DNA from: Microthyrium microscopicum
Lineage: Eukaryota
Assembly (NCBI GenBank): GCA_010405405.1
Contig: MU004236.1
Span: 186,001-250,000, forward strand
Direction: 5' to 3'
Length of the DNA stretch: 64,000 nucleotides
This document shows positions 59,747 through 64,000 of this stretch, in pieces. How positions within the stretch are numbered: position 1 is the stretch's first letter; each line of letters begins with the position of its first letter. The notes beneath the pieces were generated by a model that searched no databases, had not been told where the DNA came from, and was given only the letters and a program-made list of their open reading frames with translations. The translations under genes were made by a program, and so were the position numbers.

Positions 59747-61063
59747 TTATAATATACCCGAGTCCTTAAGGGCATTATGCAGTATCGTCTCTTTGACAGC
59801 TGCAAAAACAAGCCTGATGTTGGAAGTATCCGTTGCTTGGGTTAGGCTAGATATTTAGTTAGGAAAAGCGAGCTCTATGTTTGGTGTTTGCCTTACTGAG
59901 GATATAGATTCAAATGTGCTCGGTTCACTTGATTAAACCTCCAAAGCAGATACTTCGCGGCCCGGTTGACATCATTACCACCAGAATAATCTGGAAAGTA
60001 ACTGCTTAAAGGCGATCGCGCGAGCTTTTGCTTGAAGAGATCGACTTTGTTGAGAAAAAGGATGATACTGGTTCTCATGAACCATCTCGAGTTTACGACC
60101 GAGTCAAAGAGAACGAGAGACTCCATCATTCGATTCTGGATCGAGTTAGTGTGACTTTATTTGTTCTAATTTTCCGAATTACCTGGCTGCTTTCTTCCAA
60201 AAGTACTTGGTCGTACTCGCTCAAGGCTACACAGAAGATGATGGATGTGACATTTTCAAAACAATGTATCCACTTCTTGCGTTCACTTCGCTGACCACCG
60301 ACGTCAAACATGCTGGTCAACATTAGCTTTGATTAGTGAGGTAGACAAAAGACTCACTGTATGCTCAATTGACCCATAGAAAACCGAGTCTCATAGATAC
60401 CGGTAGTTTTGGTTCTTGCTCTTAAAACATCGGCTTCTGTTGGGGTGTATTCTGGATTCGCGATTCGATTCACCTCGTCGAAAAAGCTAAAAGCGTCAGC
60501 ATATCGCAAAACGGCTCGAAACGGAACCATACTATGGAGCGGAGTCCATCATGTAGAAAGCGGTTTGATGTTCCAGGACCTTTGCCACACATGGATCATG
60601 CCATAACGAGCTAACAGCAGTGCCAACCCTCGTCTCTATGGGCTTCTCTGGATCAGGATCAACCGAGTATTCCATCAGGTAGTCGATGAACTGCTTGTTG
60701 GCATCAATCTCCGGTTCTATCTCAAATTGCCTCATTGCTGATATCAATGATTTGGCGCAGTCGAGTACATTCTTGTATATTGTCAACCGGTACATGGAAA
60801 GTTCGTCGGGGCTGTAACCATTTTGGTGTATGATTTTCATCTGCTTCACAATTGTCGACTTGCCACTCTCACCCGACCCTATACGTCTGATTAGCTTCTC
60901 ATTGTATGACTACTAAAGTCGGTCGAGATTGGCACTGACCAAGCAGTAGTATTTTGCATTCCCGCCGTAACTTCCTTGAATCCTCCTCTAACTTTCGGTC
61001 AATGGCCTGACTTCTCTTCTTTTGCTCCAGATCCTCGGCATTTGTACTCATACATGCACCCAT
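59747..61063 (-). CDS. gna-3: Heterotrimeric G-protein alpha subunit, class III (GNA-3/GanB/Gpa2-like)
   Basis: MGACMS myristoylation start, [44 protein letters not shown], ending LKDSGIL*. Five introns. Confidence 0.95.
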
Positions 61064-64000
61064 GATTGCGGTACCGATATGAAAAGACGGCTCTTATCAG
61101 CGGTAGGAATGGAATCGCCAATAGCCCAAATAAGATCAAGATGGACAAAGAGCTGAATAAACCAGCGCAAGCCGAAGTGAACAATGGGAGGATCGAAGGG
61201 CGCAACGGCCCGTCGACGTGGGAAGCCGAGGGGATAGTTGCAGGTGGGTGTGATGAGTTGGTGATCGGGCGACGGAGATGGGGAGAAGCCGTGGACTCGG
61301 GATTGTTGATGTCGATGGTAGCTGGTGGTTTGGCGGGGAGAGGCGGACAGGTGGAGGAGATGGCAGGCGCCTAGTCAGGACGGGGTGGGTAGGGCGATGA
61401 CACGGACGATGGTTAGCAATGGGGGAGTGCAAGGAGTTGGTTGCAAGATGGCCCTGGTCGTTGAGAGAGTCGCGATGGATGGTGGAGCTTAAAAGGAGGG
61501 CTTGGACACCGTGCACAAGCTGAAGCAGGCAAAGGCGGGAGCGTTGAGCGTCGCTAGATGGGGTGAGGTATGCTAAAAGATGGAACAGCAACAAGGGCAG
61601 TAGATGGCGGGAGGTTGAAAGATGTTGTTGAAGGGAGAGAGTATGATTGAGATGAGAGATGAGGATTGGGAGAGGATGGCGACGGGATCAAACAAGGTGA
61701 TTACGAGAGGCAAGACTCAAGTGGAGTACAGAGGAGAGTTGGAACTTTGGGAGAGTGGAGGTGTGCAGTGTGCTTTGTGGACTGATTGAGAGATGGTCTG
61801 GGGGCTCAGACCTCGCAGACCTTTGAAAGGGAATTGGCGGCAGGTGCTGTGGGTGAAAAGCGTGGCTCGCTCCTGCCAAATGCAAGCGTGCCGTGGTTTT
61901 GGAGCCTTTTTAGCGATCGCCCTTGCCTAACTCAGCAACTCTTCAACCTGCTTCATTTCATCCCATCATTGATCCATCCCTACCTATCATTCTGACATTT
62001 ATTTGAATACACAAATGCTTACATGCCTCAAGTCAAAAGAATCATCAGATTCCGCCTTGCGGTCAAGTTCATCTTCCCCTCTCATCTCAAGACGATGGGC
62101 CGCCATTGCAGATCATAAAGCCGATCCAGTTGGCCAGTTACTTGGTATTCAACATGCATACTGCATATAATTTACAAAGTCAGATCCTTTCTCGACACGT
62201 TTATATTCGTACCGAGTTCCTACCATCAAACTGTTGGATCCATCTGTAAATACATTGAACCATATGCGATGCGATCAGACACTACTAATGTGTCTTCAAT
62301 CGCTCTATACTTTCCAAGCCCAGAAACGGTGGTGTAGCGACTATCAATTACAATGTAGAGCTGTTTCTTGTAAGTTGTAATCCAAGACATACATTCATAC
62401 GATTACCAGTCTACTTGACTGGCCAGCCATAAGCCCCATTTCGCTGGCAAGTACAAGATCAATCAACCGACCTATCTCGAAGCCCAGTGTGGCAGTCTCC
62501 ACTCTCCACCCAAAAGAGCACTTTGCGTTTGCCGATCATTAAGACCACGAGGTCGCGCACGCGGTCAGACAGCCGACAAGAACAAGCGAACACAACGGGA
62601 CAGGCGAGAAACGATTTTACCCAAAAGAAAAAGCAATTGTTTACTCCAGATCTTTTTTCTCAATTCCGGCCAATCGCTACTGCCGTCAAAACTTGTCTCA
62701 GACTTCTTCTCTTAGCAACCAGCATTTTTCCATTCCATACCAAGACGATCCGAACAAATATTTGCCCAGCTGTGAAACCATACAAAGCGGTACTTGCGTG
62801 ACTGCGTTTCTAGACACTTTTCTTTCACATCCAGAATGCTTTCTCGACAACAACAAACACGCGATAGGCATGCGCAACTCCTTACTGCATGTCTGCAACC
62901 ATCCATCCATTTTTTACCCGTCCAGACGCTGCTAACCGCGAAAGATACTCGAGATCAATAACATACCGCACGAACCCAATGCCTTTGATCACTGTCAGAT
63001 TCCACGTGCTTAACGAGGCTAGTGAGCCATGCAGCATGCCCTGAATATTCCCGCCAAACATTCCACACAACAGCATCTAATTAGGTGCTTCCTCCAAGGA
63101 TGGCCTGGATTTCTTGCAACAACAAAGTCTCCTCATGCATTTGCCCTGAAGGAACGCATCCTGCTCACAGACCAGAGAAGGAATTTGAATTGTTCGAGAA
63201 TTCCGACGTATGCTCGGCCGGCTTGGTGGGATATTTATTCTTGGTGTGTAACCATGTTGCACATCAACTGCTGTTGAGCGGACAGAGACCGGGCGAGCGG
63301 TTGTGACCACTTCTCAAACACATCTCTCAGCATGGCCGTTCAATTTCCATGAATTTCTTCACGATTTCAATTGCTTGGCTTCGTCTGTCATTGACCACGC
63401 TACAAGAACCGCTTTGGTAATCCAGCCTGGCCTTGAAAGAGTGCTTCAGTAGTCCAGATTGAGTTTTGTTTTTGATCTTTCATATATCTTCAGCGACGTA
63501 ATTTTTGGTTTGGTATGCTCCATGGTAAACAAGCGTGCAAGATCTCGTGGCAAGTTTGAAACGGATATTATCGCACATGGCTTCTCCACTGTATTTGGTG
63601 TCGCTACCGGTACATCCGCGTTCCTCCTAACTGCAGCGGAAAGATGAGGGCTCTCTCGTTGAGCCCAGCACCGAGAACTAAATCTTGCGAAAATATCGAA
63701 TCGCTACGTGGAAGGATATGGCGAATAAGGATAAAATCTAAATGGAGCAGTTTAGCAATCTCAGCAAAACCATCATTTTCTATACTCCAAATAGAAAAAC
63801 TGTTCTGGTTTTCAATGGCCACCATGGCTCGCAACGTTGGTCGTTCTCATCAATCTGTCATGAGATATTTCAGTACTGCGAAATCGCAAGGAACCTCGGC
63901 ACCCGCTATGCGCATTGGTTGCTTTTTAGGTGGTTCCGCTGAACACTTCAGGCTTTAAATGTGCAGTGTTTCCTTGATTTGTGGTCCGAACATTTTCGGA

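Noticed and set aside
62480..64000. Series of short + strand ORFs that could be a decayed gene
   Set aside because: Frequent stops in all frames, no recognisable domain and no consistent splice path. Cannot be supported without a homology search.
1..64000. tRNA/rRNA genes
   Set aside because: No cloverleaf with A/B boxes or rRNA-like sequence was recognised by eye. A tRNAscan-SE run would be needed to exclude intron-containing tRNAs.

Overview
Intron-containing genomic DNA from a filamentous ascomycete fungus, judged by GT-AG introns with CTAAC/CTGAC branch points, a Zn2Cys6 transcription factor, a HET-domain gene and a RIP-mutated transposon. Core genes include HMG-CoA lyase, a DOCK-family GEF, a Whi5/Nrm1-like repressor, an SDT1-like nucleotidase, a KH-domain protein, SLO1/SCOC-like, Serinc/TMS1 and a class III G-alpha. 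The best candidate for an undescribed system is at the left end (1-5.9 kb). There a DUF3328/UstYa-type oxidase with two HxxHC motifs lies beside two tiny, intron-split, apparently paralogous secreted peptide genes. These share a YG-x-Y-x-QY-x-G...KA[E/H]-stop tail and lack the usual Kex2 repeats, which suggests a single-core fungal RiPP (dikaritin-like) locus inside an island of small Cys-rich secreted proteins. Other notable items: an intronless gene fusing a bacterial-type PLD/HKD nuclease domain to a coiled coil and ankyrin repeats; a nucleotide-sugar-transporter/glycosyltransferase-like fusion; a 3.3 kb RIP-destroyed TIR transposon; an 841 bp TRIM-like element with identical 146 bp LTRs and a 4 bp TSD; and a 232 bp TA-flanked MITE. 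All calls come from manual reading and family-motif recognition; no searches were run.
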